From the human T2T-CHM13v2.0 reference genome, Homo sapiens: a DNA stretch of 64,000 nt. Below the pieces are notes generated by a model that did no database searches, was not told the DNA's origin, and saw only the letters and a program-made list of their open reading frames with translations. The stretch is from NCBI RefSeq assembly GCF_009914755.1, contig NC_060930.1. One strand, given 5' to 3'. Of this stretch, positions 1 through 13,034 are shown piece after piece (the stretch's first letter is position 1; each line of letters opens with the position of its first letter). The position numbers and the translations under genes were made by a program.

Positions 1-701
1 CATGATGCTTGTGGAATGAGCTGGGCTGCTTCAAGGACAATGACAGAGGACTGCATAGAGTATGTGAGGGGGTCATTTTTCCAACCTCAGATAACAATTG
101 GCATAGACTACTATTCCAAGACTGTCTTCTTTGGGAACATGGAGGTGGCACCTTAACATGGGCCCAGGCATTTCATGGAAGTTATGGGAGGGTATGGCTG
201 TGATTGGCAGTTTTCCTGCAGGAAGGCAACCCTCAGAGGGAGAAGTTGGAAGCAGATAACATAGCAGATTTATTCTTCCCCTGTGGGACACTTCCAGAAA
301 TACCTGGGCAAGGGACCCTTCCAGAGATTGGAGTCCTTCCTCCATGAGCAAAAAGACAGTGAACCACTGAATATTGGATATCTGCTGATGCACCTTCCTC
401 TCTTTCCACAGGCTGGTGACATCTAGAGACATCCAAGTTATCTTGAAACTCTATAGATAATGGAGTTTCAAAATTACTGTGATGGCCTTTTTTAAATGAA
501 GGGTGCATTGAATTACAAACAAATAAAAAATACGAACAACACCTGAGTGATGTTCACAAATACAGTTTTGTTTTCACAGTCTGGACTCATTATACAACTG
601 CTGAATTATTTTTGTGCATACAAATGACCTTAATAATTTGATGAGGATGAGGGAGAAAATGTAGTTCAGAAACAATTGGTCACGATTCTGAAAATACAGC
701 C

Positions 702-1122
702 TGTGTTAGTCTATTCTTGCATTGCTATGAAGAAATACCTGAGACTGGGTTATTTATAGATAAAAGAGGTTTAATTGGCTCATGGTTCTTCTGGCTGTAC
801 AGGAAGCATAATGTTTTCTGCTTCTGGGGAGGCCTCAGAAAGCTTCTAATCGTGGTGGAAGACAAAGGGGGAATGAAGCACTTTACATGGCCAGAGAAGG
901 ATGAAGAGAGAGATGGGGGAGGTGCCACACACTTTTAAATGACCAAATTTCGTGAGAACTCACTCATCCACTATCATGAGAGTAGCACCAAGAGGATGGT
1001 GCTAAACCATTCATGAGAAACTGCCCCCATGATCCAGTCACCTCCTGCCACGCCTCACCTCTAACATTGGGTATTACAATTCAACATGTGGTTTGGTGGA
1101 GACACAGATCCAAACTGTATGA
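702..1122 (-). mobile_element. MaLR solo LTR, MSTA-like
   Basis: Starts tgtgttagtc...gaaatacctgagactgggt and ends gacacagatccaaactgtatga: the reverse complement of an MST LTR, about 420 bp. Confidence 0.9.
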
Positions 1123-1934
1123 AAATCTGTAAGTTGTATCTGTTTATTCAGAAAGATTATATTCTCAGTTTCAGAATTTAAGAATTACATATTAAATTAT
1201 CAGATAACTTATTTGGTAGAAAAGTTAGGATTACAATTCTATTTTTATTTAACTAGTGCTAGAACACACATTAAAGCACATTTTATTTTAGTGTGCTATA
1301 CTGAAAATTGGAGATCTGTTAGCTGGACAATGGACTAATTTTCAATATGCCCTGTACTATATGACTTTATGAAACTTGGAAAATACTTCAGATTGGGGAA
1401 CAGTATGAGGTATACTATGGGAGGTTTTGAGTCACTATTAGTATATTTTAAGTTCATGCTTTTGTTTTGCAGTGATTTGGGGCTGTGATTGCTCAGAAAC
1501 AATTCTATTCTAGCACAAAAACATAGAGCTATTTATTTTATTTGCACTATTTTGCTACCAAAGTAGCAGTGTACTCCTCTACTTACTGACCGAAAGATAC
1601 TGAACAAGTTATTTTTTTCAACCACAGTTTTGTCATTTGTAAAGTGGGGATAAAAGAAGCCCTAATAATATTGGTGTGTTAAGAAACTGAGATATAGTCA
1701 TTCCCAGCATCTGACTGTTGAGCACTCTCCAACTTTTCCTTTCTGTAATGCAATTCTTGTAAAAAACAAAGTCTTGGCTTTAAATTCTGCTCTATGATCT
1801 TTTTTTCTGCCAAATGTTCCAGGGTTATAATTATATTGTTTTCATATATTAATTCTATACTCAGATGGCCTGTCAATGATGTAGAATGAAGTATACTTAT
1901 CTCTAAATCAGTAAGTCTCCAATTTTGGTATTTT

Positions 1935-2460
1935 TTTGGAAATGTCTTATATTTGTCATCTCTCTTTCCTTCCTAACACCGTAATTCTAGTTTGGGTGCT
2001 TATCATCTCATATTGGGATTACTGAGCAACACCTAGCAGGCATCGCTGATACCAGATTTCCCCAGTTCCATTCAATGTGCATTATGTTGCAAAGATTATT
2101 TTCTGTAAAAGTCATATCATTCCCCTTATCAACTTCAAGACATTCAGTGGATTGATAAAATTTTAAATTTTATTATGCCCTCCTAATTTCTTTCCTAGCT
2201 TTGATGGCTCTTTATAACAAAAAACATTTTTATCTCCCATTTCTCAATATCCCTCTTCCTATATACTCCAAACTCCAGGCAGGAAGTTTTTTTAGTGTGT
2301 TTGTTTGTTCTGACCTCTGTGCTTTTGAGTGCGCTATTCCATTCACCTGGCATGCTTCTCCTTTCCTGCTCATCTTTCAGGCATCATCCTGGTTTTTCTT
2401 TGCCCTTGATGCTTCCTACCCAAGTTAGATGAAACCTCACCAAATCATTATGTTTAGTAC
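1935..2460 (+). mobile_element. L2 fragment (highly diverged)
   Basis: L2-like motifs (atcatctcatattgggattact; gacctctgtgcttttgagtgcgctattccattcacctggcatgc). Boundaries approximate. Confidence 0.5.
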
Positions 2461-2507
2461 TCCTTTACCATTGATTTTTATACATACGGTAACTAATTGA
2501 TCCTGAC

Positions 2508-3395
2508 CTTTTTTTATTGTGGTAAAATATTTATAACATAAAATTTACTATATACCATTTTTGAGTGCACGATTCAGTGACATTGGGTACATTCACATTG
2601 TTGTGCAACCATGACTACTCTCCGGCATCTCCAGAACTTTTTAATCATCCCAAATTGAAACTCTGTACCATTAAACAATTACTCCCCGTTTTCCCCTCCT
2701 CCAAACCCTGGTGGCTACCATTCTATTTCATTTCTCTATAAATTTTACTGTTCTAGGTACCTCATATAAGTGGAACCATATATTTATCCTATTGTTTCTA
2801 GCATATTTCACTTATCACAATATTCTCAAGGTTTCTCGTATCCCATGTTATAGCATGTGATAGGAATTCCATTCCTCTTAAAGGCTAAATAACATCCCAT
2901 TATATGTATAGGCCACTTTTTGTTTATCTGTACATCTGTTGATGAACTTTTGGGTTGTTTCTACTTTTTGGCTATTGTGCATAATGCTTCTATGACTGTT
3001 GGTATACAAATATCTGTTCAAGCCCCTGCATTCAATTCTTTTGTATACATATGCAGAAGTGGAATTCTGGGTCATATAGTATTTCTATGTTTAAATTTTT
3101 TGAAGAACAGCCATTGTATCTTCACAGTGCCTGCATCATTTAACATTCCCACCAGCAATATACAGAGGTTCCCATTTCTCCATGTCGTTGCCAGTAGTTG
3201 TTATTTTCTGCTTTTTGGACAATAGCCATCTTAATGGGTGTGAAGTGGTATCTCATTGTGGTTTCAATTTGCATTTCCTAATGATAGTGATGTCGAACAC
3301 CTTTTAAAATGCTTCTTGGCCACTTTTATATCTTCTTTGGAAAAATGTCTATTCAAGTCCCTTGTCAATTTTGAATTGAGTTGTTTGGTTTTTTG
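2508..3395 (-). mobile_element. L1MB-type LINE-1 3' end (L1MB7/8-like), 5'-truncated
   Basis: T-rich tail, then ttattgtggtaaaata...cattcacattgttgtgcaacca, then antisense ORF2 C-terminus. ORF 3264..3482 contains [11 protein letters not shown]. Confidence 0.85.
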
Positions 3396-3624
3396 TTTTT
3401 TAAACACACACAGTTTAACAGGTGTTTGAAGACATAAGTCATCACAAGGAATGTGAATTAATGCACTGTGTGTATAATGCAATGGGAATCATTGAGGAGG
3501 ATAGGGCTTTTCAGTGGTCTCAGATGCATTGCTTCTTGAGTTATTGAGTATTGAGTATTGAGTTATTGGGTATTCTCTTTTTAGGTTTTCTGCCATTTTT
3601 TTTGGTTTGTTTATAGCAGCTCTT

Positions 3625-3653
3625 TTGTTGTTGTTGTTGTTGTTGTTGTTGTT
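3625..3653. repeat. (TTG)n microsatellite, about 9 units
   Basis: Directly visible. Confidence 0.95.
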
Positions 3654-4155
3654 TTTGGTATGGTGTGCCTGTCTATAAACTATTTTCTTTCTCACTTGAT
3701 GCCTTAATCTAATTTTTTTCTTGAAAACCACATGATCTAATTTGTTAAAGTTACATATAAAGTTAGACTAAGTAAGCACTTTTCATGGCCTTAGAGATTC
3801 ACCTATGGTAAAAAGTAGAAGCTTTATTGTACGAAGCTCATGATGTCACACATATTGCTTACTTTTGTTTCTTACTGATAGAGCTAAGTGAGATTTCTTG
3901 ATGGTCTTGTTCTGGAGAAGTGAGGTTTTGCATTCATTCAAATTCATTCATTAAGGGTAGTAGCCATATTTGGTTGCTTACCTACCCTCTATATCTTACT
4001 ATACTTATCATATTAATATTTAGTGGGTATCTAATGAATATATTAAGTTGCTTCATGGTAGGTTCCTTCAAGTTATATCACAGGGCAGTTTCTACATCCT
4101 CCCATGCCTATTTTAATAATATTTTTTCATTGATAAAATGATTCTAAAATCATAG

Positions 4156-4575
4156 TGATATGGTTTGGATGTTTATCACCTCTAAATCTCATGTTGAAAT
4201 GTGATTTCCAGTTTTGGATATGGGGCTTGGTGGACAGTGATTGGATCAAGAGGGCGGATCCCTTATGAATGGTTTAGCACCATCCTCTTGGTGATAAGTG
4301 AGCTCATTTAGCTCATGTGAGATCTGATAGTTTAAAAGTCTGGGACTTACTCCCCATCTCTGTCTTGCTCCCTCTCTTACCATGTGAGATGCCAGCTCCC
4401 CATTTGCCTTCTGCTATATTTTTAAGCTCCCTGAGGCCCTTACCAGAAGTGGAGCAGACACAGGTGCCATGCTTCCTGTACAGCCTTCAGAATCACAAGC
4501 TAAGTAAACCTATTTTCTTTGTAAATTACCCAGTCTCAGGTATTCCTCTATAGCAGTGCAAAACTGACTGACACA
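4156..4575 (+). mobile_element. MaLR solo LTR, MSTB-like
   Basis: tgatatggtttggatgttt...aaattacccagtctcaggtattc...ctgacaca. 5-bp TSD catag/gatag (4151-4155, 4576-4580). Confidence 0.9.
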
Positions 4576-4699
4576 GATAGGCATTATATTTTGCTGGAAG
4601 CTCCTTGTAAAGCAAAATCATGGTCATTGTAAGGAAGAGGCCTTTAGATTTGTTTTGATTCTTTAAAAATATTGACTTTTTTATTATTATTAATAAATT

Positions 4700-5161
4700 A
4701 TTAATCTTTGCTTTGTTACAAATCCCAAAACTTAGTGTTTAAAACAAAGATCATGAGCTCATTTGCCTACAACTCTGTGGGTCAGTATTTTTAGGTTAGC
4801 CTCATCTGGGGTATTCTGATAATCTCACTTGTGGCTACAGTCAGCTGGAGGGTGGCTAGGATCTCTGGTTGGTTCCATATGTCCCTTTTTGCAAGTGTGA
4901 CAGTTGATTTGGATGGCCAGGGTGAGTGGGTCACATATCCACCCTCTAGCAGGCTCGCCTAGGTTTCTTCACAGGGTTCTAAAAGCAACAGGTAAAAGCA
5001 CACTCCAGTGTGCCAGCTTTCTTCTTGTCTCTGCTAGGGTCCTTTGGCCAAAGGAGTCACGTGGCTAAGCCCAGATTCAGGAGAAAGTGAAATAGATTTT
5101 ATCTCTACATGGAAGGAGCTGCAACCTACTGTGATTAGTTTTTTGTCTTTGATCTACCACA
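4700..5161 (-). mobile_element. Old MLT1-type MaLR LTR (MLT1F/G/H-like)
   Basis: cccaaaacttagtg...ttggccaaaggagtcacgtggctaagcccagattca...atctaccac. Boundaries approximate. Confidence 0.6.
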
Positions 5162-6121
5162 AACATCAATATCAATTCATGGTCTTGATTTTTATTGATG
5201 TATTAACATTACCATATGAAAACAATATTTCAAAAATGTAACACTAACATTCTATATAGATTGAAGCAATAAATACACAATACTGAAATTGCATGAGGCT
5301 TGAAAATCATCTGTTTGAATTTATAGTTTAAAATATTTTCCAACAAGTGAAAAAACATCAATTATTTGTCTTTTTATCAGAATTTGCAAGGTGAGAGAAT
5401 TACTAAAATGCCAAAATCTCTGTTATTAATCATACAAGACAACTGAAAGCCATAATTTTTAACATCAAATCGCTCCCCAAAGTAACTTTGTCCTTTTAAA
5501 CGTTAACTTCTATAAAATATCAGAAAAGGGAAAAAAAAAAGGAGTAAAAAAGCAAATGTAGAGTAAAATTGTAGTCATAAATCTATTGAAGTTACCTAAG
5601 TTATTTGGAAACTAATTACAGCTATGTGCAAAGCAAATGAAGTGAGAATTGAATTAATGAATATCAGCTACCTCCCACAAGCTAATGAGGCATGCTCTAT
5701 ACGAATAGTGCCTCAAATTGAAAAATTAAACCTCTTGATGGGGAGAAAAGGGAGCATCTCATGTACAGAATAGCACACAAAGCCAAAGGACTTACCAAAT
5801 GAGTTCTCTGGGATTAACAGTATTTGCTTATTAGTCTATGATATGGTCTATAGACTGTAGAATCCCTGTGATTCCCCCATCTTTGCTTTTTTTTCTCCGA
5901 CCGCCTCCAAAACAATTCATGCACAGTGGTTTGCTTTAGCCCCACAGAGTCAATGTAGGTAAAAGTGCTAGTGTTCAAATTCATTTATATTTCTCAGGTG
6001 TTATGCTTAACTTCAGTGCAATGGTAGCCTTTCTTTTTGCTTTTCTTGGCATGACCATATAAGTGATTTACAACCAGGTTCTTTTTATGTTTTCCCTCAC
6101 TAAACTCATATATAATGATAT

Positions 6122-6506
6122 GAGAAATATATATATGAGAAAATATGGAAACAAATATATATATATTTTCTTTTGAAATTTTTTGCTTCCATGTTTTCTC
6201 TTATGTTTACCCTTTTACATTCATAAATCAACATGCCCATCTTACAGTTACTGCACTTAGTATATCTCCCTTTCACTCAAGTTATATTTTTGACTTTTTT
6301 AGGAGAAATGTATGTGAGAAAAATATATACAAAAACAGAAGCAAAAATTTCTAAAAGTAATATATATTTTCTTTTGGAATTTTTGCTCCCATGTTTTTTC
6401 TCTTGTTCACCTTTTACATTCATAAATCAAGATCCTGATGTTATAGTTACTGTACTTAGTATATCTTCTTTTTGCTGTACATCTCAAATTATATATTTTT
6501 TTAGGA
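6122..6506. repeat. Diverged tandem duplication, two units of about 180-200 bp
   Basis: The blocks gagaaat..tgagaaaa, atatatattttcttttg, ccttttacattcataaatcaa, agttactgYacttagtatatct and tttttagga each occur twice in the same order. Confidence 0.85.
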
Positions 6507-6910
6507 AGCCACTATGTTACACAAAATATATTTCTTAATGTTAAAAATACTTTTGTTAAGAATGTGTAAAGACAGGCACAATTTTTGAAACTAATTTTAA
6601 ACTTTTTAAAAAGATTTAATTAATAAAGGTAACACAAATAGTAACATACACACTCACACGACATGTCTTAAATGTTGATAATTTTGAATTTAGAGACATA
6701 AAATAAAGACATTTGTTCAAGTCCTGGAAAATTTTGGAAACTTTAGAAAAAATGTTGTGGCCAAAATATAAATGTTTTTGTTTGCCTAGGTTTTGCCCTC
6801 TGGGTAGCAAATAAGATCATCTTATTAAAGACGTAAAACAAAAAGTTATTTTATAGAGTTAATAAGAATAACTTATGTGAAAGGTTAGTTGTTAAACATT
6901 TAAAATTTTT

Positions 6911-7206
6911 AATTTAATTTAATTTTATTTTAAGTTCCAGGATACATGTGCAGGGCATGCAGGTAAAAGTGTGCGATGGTGGTTTGCTGCACCTATCAAC
7001 CCATCACCTAGGTTTTAAGCTCTGCATGCATTAGCTATTTATCCTGATACTATCCCTCCCCCAACCCCACCCCTGACAGGCCCAAGTACATGTTGTTCCC
7101 CTCCCTATGTCCATGTGTTCTCATTGTTCAGCTCCCACTTATAAGTGAGAACATGCAGTGTTTGGTTTTCTGTTCCTGTGTTAGTTTGCTGAGGATAATG
7201 GCTTCC
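6911..7206 (-). mobile_element. L1PA8-10-like LINE-1 3' end (non-inverted part of a 5'-inverted insertion)
   Basis: Antisense tail and 3'UTR: taagttccaggatacatgtgcag...gttagtttgctgaggataatggcttcc. TSD acatttaaaaWtttt at 6896-6910 and 9111-9125. Confidence 0.9.
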
Positions 7207-9110
7207 TTGAAATAATAAGACAGTTATTATTGATGACAAACCTATAGCCAATATTATACTGAATGTGCCATTTATGACAAACCTATAGCTAATATCATAT
7301 GAATGTGCAAAAGCTGGAAGCATTCCCCTTAAAAACTGGCACAAGACAAAGACGTCCTCTCTCACCACTACTGTTCAACATAGTGTTGGAAGTTCTGGCC
7401 AGGGCAATTAGGCAAGAGAAAGAAATAAAGGGTATTCAGACAGGAAGAGAGGAAGTCAAACTGTCTCTGTTTGCAGACGACATGATCCTTTATCTAGAAA
7501 ACCCCATTGTCTCAGCCCAAAAGCTCCTTAAGCTGATAAGCAACTTCAGCAAAATCTCAGGATACAAAATTAATGTGCAAAAATCACAAGCATTCCTATA
7601 CGCCAACAATAGACAAGTGGAGAGCCAAATCATGAATGAACTCCCATTCACAATTGCTACAAAGACAATAAAATACATAAGAATACAGATAACAAGGGAC
7701 GTGAAGGACCTCTTCAAGGAGAACTAAAAACCACTGCTTAAGGAAATCAGAGAGTACACAAACAAATGGAAAAACATTCCATTCTCATGGATAGAAAGAA
7801 TCAATATAGGGAAAATGGCCATACTACCCAAAGTAATTTATAGATTCAATGCTATTCCCATTAAACTACCATTGACATTCTTCACAGAATTATAAAAAAA
7901 CTACTTTAAATTTCATATGAAACCAAAAGAGAGCCCATATAGCCAAGACCATCCTAATCAAAAAGAATAAAGCTGGATGCATCATGCTACCCAACTTCAA
8001 ACTATACTACAAGGCTACAGTAACAAAAACAGCGTGGTACTGGCAGAATAACAGACACGTAGACCAATGGAACAGAATAGAGAACTCAGAAATAAGACCA
8101 AAAACCTAAAACTATCCGATCTTCAACAAACCTGACAAAAACAAGCGATGGGGAAAGGATTCCCTATTTAATAAATGGTTCTGGGAAAACTGGCTGGGCA
8201 TATAAAGAAAATTGAAACTGGACCTCTTCCTTACACCTTATACAAAGGTTAACTCAGCATGGATTAAAGACTTAAATGTAAAACCCAAAACTATAAAAAC
8301 CCTAAAAGAAAATCTAGGCAATACCATTCAGGACATAGGAATGGGCAAAGATTTCATGACAAAAACATCAAAAGCAATTGCAACAAAAGCAAAAAAAGAC
8401 AAATGAGATGTAATTAAACTAAAAAGCTTCTGCTCAGCAAAGAAACTATCATCAGAGTGAACAGACAACCTACACAATGGGAGAACAATTTTTCAATCTA
8501 TTCACCTGACAAAGGTCTAATATGCAGAACTTACAAGGAACTTAAATAAATTTACAAGAAAAAAAAAACAACCCCATCAAAAAGTGGGCAAAGGACATGA
8601 ACAGACACTTCTCAAAAGAAGACATCTATGTGGCCAAAACACATGAAAAAAAGCTCAACATCACTGATCATTAGAGAAATGCAAACCAAAACCACAATGA
8701 GATACTATCTCATGCCAGTCAAAATGGCAATTATTAAAAAGTCAAGAAAAAACAGATGCTGGCGAGGCTGTGGAGAAATAAGAATGCTTTTACACTGTTG
8801 GTGGGAATGTAAATTAGTTCAATCATTGTGGAAGACAGTGTGGCAATTTCTCAAAGATCTAGAACCAGAAATACCATTTGACCCAGCAATCCCATTACTG
8901 GGTATATACTCAGAGGAATAGAAATCATCCTATTATAAAGATGCATGTGTATGTTCGCCGCAACACTATTCACAATAGCAAAGGCACAGAATCAACCCAA
9001 ATGCCCACCAATGATAGAAAGGATAAAGAAAATGTGGTACATATACACCATGGAATACTATGCAGCCATAAAAAGGAATGAAATTATATCCTTTGAAGGG
9101 ACATGGATGG
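7205..9110 (+). mobile_element. Inverted 5' part of the same L1: decayed ORF2 (RT and C-terminal domain)
   Basis: ORFs 7299..7727 ([42 protein letters not shown]), 8212..8406 and 8628..8921 are L1 ORF2p pieces broken by stops and frameshifts. Confidence 0.95.
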
Positions 9111-9707
9111 ACATTTAAAAATTTTATCCTTTTTTTAAGGACAAAATTTAAAATTTTGGACATAAATTTTTTAAGGACAGTATTAAAAAATAATGTTTTC
9201 TTCACCTTTGGAGGAAAATGTAATCATTTAGATATGTTGTTTTTTTTCCATGCATAAAAAATACTAATAATTAAAAAACTTTCTGGTTATAAAGACATTT
9301 TAGAAAATTATAAGTAACAAATACACATCATTTATAATATCACCTAGGATTTATTAATGTTTTGGCATATTTCTTTCTCACCTTTCTTATGTGTATGTAT
9401 ACTATTTAAATAAAACTTTATACTCTATATAATTTATATTCTTTATATTCTCTATATATGTAGTTTATATATTCTGACTTTGCATTTAATGTTATCATGA
9501 GCATTTTTCTATGATATAAAATATACATCAGAGTATGCATTAAATATACCCCCAAACCATCATATTATTGCTTCCTAATATTCCATCCTATGGGTTTACT
9601 ATTATTTTTTAAAATTACTGTTCTATTATCTATATTTCAAATAAGATAATGAAAAGCTACCTATTAAATATACCAGTATTAGAAAATTTTAAGAGCTCTA
9701 ATATATT

Positions 9708-9797
9708 CTCCTTCTTTCCTTGCCTTCCTCTCTTCCTCCCTCCTCTTTGTCTCTCTCTCACTCTCCCCCTCACCCTCTCTTTCTCTGTCTCTCTCCT
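9708..9797. repeat. CT-rich low-complexity tract
   Basis: About 90 bp, almost purely pyrimidine. Confidence 0.85.
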
Positions 9798-12796
9798 GTA
9801 ATAAAAAATTCTAATAAGAATAATCTAGCCATTTTGTCCACTGATTTTTTTAAGGCTTCTAAGTACCTGCCATCTCTTTTTAATCATTTAAGCCTTTATA
9901 GGCTATTCTGTTATTATTTAATAACTATGTTTTTATGAGAACTTATGAAATAAAAAATGACGTAATTAAAATAAAGGGGCAAGTATAGTGGGTTACCGTT
10001 ATGAACTAGTTTCAGATTTGCAACAATATATTTCATTAACAAAGGTATAGCTATAATCGTGCAAATACACAACCTAAACGTCACTCAATCAGTATTTATT
10101 ACGTCCATCCCTTGCTGTCATTAACACAGGACTTCTTAAACATTCTTACTTCCTCTATCTTGTGTGGTTACGATAAAGCTTGAAGCCACTCAAACAGAGG
10201 CTTAGGCTTTCAGTGTTTGGTGCCAGTTTTTAATCTTGATTACTCATAACAACTGGCAGAATACAAATTGTTTACCCTAAATAATGGATCACCAATGTCT
10301 CCATAGGGAGTTATGAAAACTTCTGCTGGGACTCAGCAGAAATGTGGATGCAGTATTCTTCTCAATTGTTTACATTCTGCTAGTTACTATGGCTATAATT
10401 TATCTTCAGGGAATATTGAGACCCTTCTCTAAAGGCTGAGCTATTCATAATTTTATTAAATATAAATATAGGAAGATGTAAACTGCTTCTGAGGGTAATC
10501 TATAGCTGTTTCACATATACCACAGGACCAGACATGGATAAGTGTGCAATAAGCAATGGATGTATGTAGCATACATAGTTATTGCCTTTTCTTGCTTACC
10601 TATAGACAATTGATGTGGTATTATGAATTTATCAAGAGCTTTGTATGTACAGAAATGATTCTAAGCAATTTATTTACTATGAGATACGTATTCAAATTAT
10701 CTGTACTTTGAGAAAACTAATGTACAAATAAGCTAAAATATAGACCAAGGATGAAGCCATCTCATTTCAGAGCCACATTTTTAACTGCTATGCCATGCTC
10801 CACCTCTATGTGTAAAATAGTCTGACTCATTTGGGAGAGATGGATTTAATAATTACATAAGAGAAACATTAATATATTGGACCTAATTCAATCATGGAGA
10901 TAAAATATTTTCAGGAATAATTGAACACTAGTCTTAAAATGAAACAAATACAAGCTTAGATCTTATATCATCCACTTAATAGTTGTGTAAACTTGTTCAA
11001 GACACTTCAAATAAACATTTCAACTAATGCTATGAGAATTGTGTATAGTTAATTGCATGATAATCCATCGAGAAATATTAAGATTTTATTACCATCTGTA
11101 AAATAGAGCACCGAACTATAAACTTGGAGGCCAAGTCTAGTTTTTATTTTTCACTAGTTGGTTGTTTAGATAAATTACATAAAATTCTTTTATTTCCCCA
11201 CTTATTAGAACAATTTTTAACCATATCCTCTAAAATTATCACAGGAATGTTAGAAAAATGGGAAAGTAAATGAAAATGCTTTGAAAAAGTATGTTATAAA
11301 TTCAAACTGGTGTCATTGCTATAAACAGAACTCAAAAATATTAAGTTCTATGTGATATTTAGGTCCTTTTTAAGGTCTCTCTTATGTCCAAATGGCTGCT
11401 TGTGTTAAGAACAGTTGGTGGTTACTGAAATCAAACAATATCTGTTTGCGGTGGGAAGGTATATGTCCTATAAGTTTCCTTCTGCTATGATTTTATATTA
11501 AGTTTTCTGAGGCTTCCATACATAAGAAAACTAACCATAATAATGTTTTAAAATATGTCTTATATATAACTTATATGTATATATACAAATGTCTATATGA
11601 CTATATGCATACACACCCACCTAGATATATTTCTCAGCTTTAGAATCACAGTGCTTATTCAAGTTAGAGGCATTTTTGGAAGTTGATCTCATTCAAACCC
11701 CACATTTTGTGATCAATAATAATGCATCATTGTTGCCATTAACACTATTTCCAAATTAAGAGTAAAACCAAGTTTCCTGCAACAGAATACAGGGCATTTT
11801 CCATTTTCTGTGGAAGTGGTTACCTCTACCAGTGTTCTGACGTGCTATTTTCTTTATTTGATCTTATCCTTTGTTTTTCTTTCTTTCCATTTTGTTAATT
11901 TCTTTTTCATTTTCAAAATGTCCTTCTCTTCCACTCTTTTATAATAAATTCACATCAGAGATTTTTAAAATAGGACCAAAATTGGTTAAGGAAAATGAAA
12001 TAACTTCCATCTATTCACATTTTTGGAATAAAAGATTCTTTTAATTTTACCATATTTGGTTAAATATATAGCTGCCATGAAAAGGCCAGTTTAGGCTCTT
12101 TTTTATATACAATTTTTATTTTTAATTTTTGTGGGTACATAATAGGTGTATACATTATGGGATACTTGAGATATTTTGATACAGGCATACAATGCATAGT
12201 AATCACATCAGGGTAAATGGGGTATTAATCACCACAGCATTTATCCTTTTTATTTGTTAAAAACAATCCAATTCTATTGTTTTAGTTATTTTTAAATGTA
12301 CAGTAAATTATTGTTGACCATCGTCACCCTATTACACTATCAAATACCAGCTCTTGTAGATACTATCTTATTATTTTTCCATACCCATTAACCATCCCCA
12401 CGTTTCCTCCCACCCAGGAATTCCCTTCCCAGTCTCTAGTAACCATCATTTTATTCTCTATCTCCATAAGTACAATTGTTTTAATTTTGTGAGAATATAT
12501 GAAGTTTGTCTTTCTGTGCCTAGCCTATTTAACTTAACTTCCAATTCCATCCATGTTCTTGCCTATGACAGGACCTCATTCTTTTTAAAGTATATGTGTG
12601 TCACATTTTGTGTGTATCCACCCATTATCCATTTGTCTGCTGATGGATGCTTGGGTTGCTTCTTAATCTTGGCTCTTGTGAATAGTGTCACAATAAACAT
12701 TTGAGTGCAAATATCTCTTTAATATACTAATTTCCTTTATTTGGGGTATATATCTAGCAGTGGGATTGCTAGATCATATGATATTTCTATTTTTAG

Positions 12797-13034
<238 letters not shown>

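Noticed and set aside
7299-8921. ORFs with a reverse-transcriptase motif (FADD)
   Set aside because: Fragmented L1 ORF2 in a truncated, inverted copy; not a functional gene or a novel RT system.
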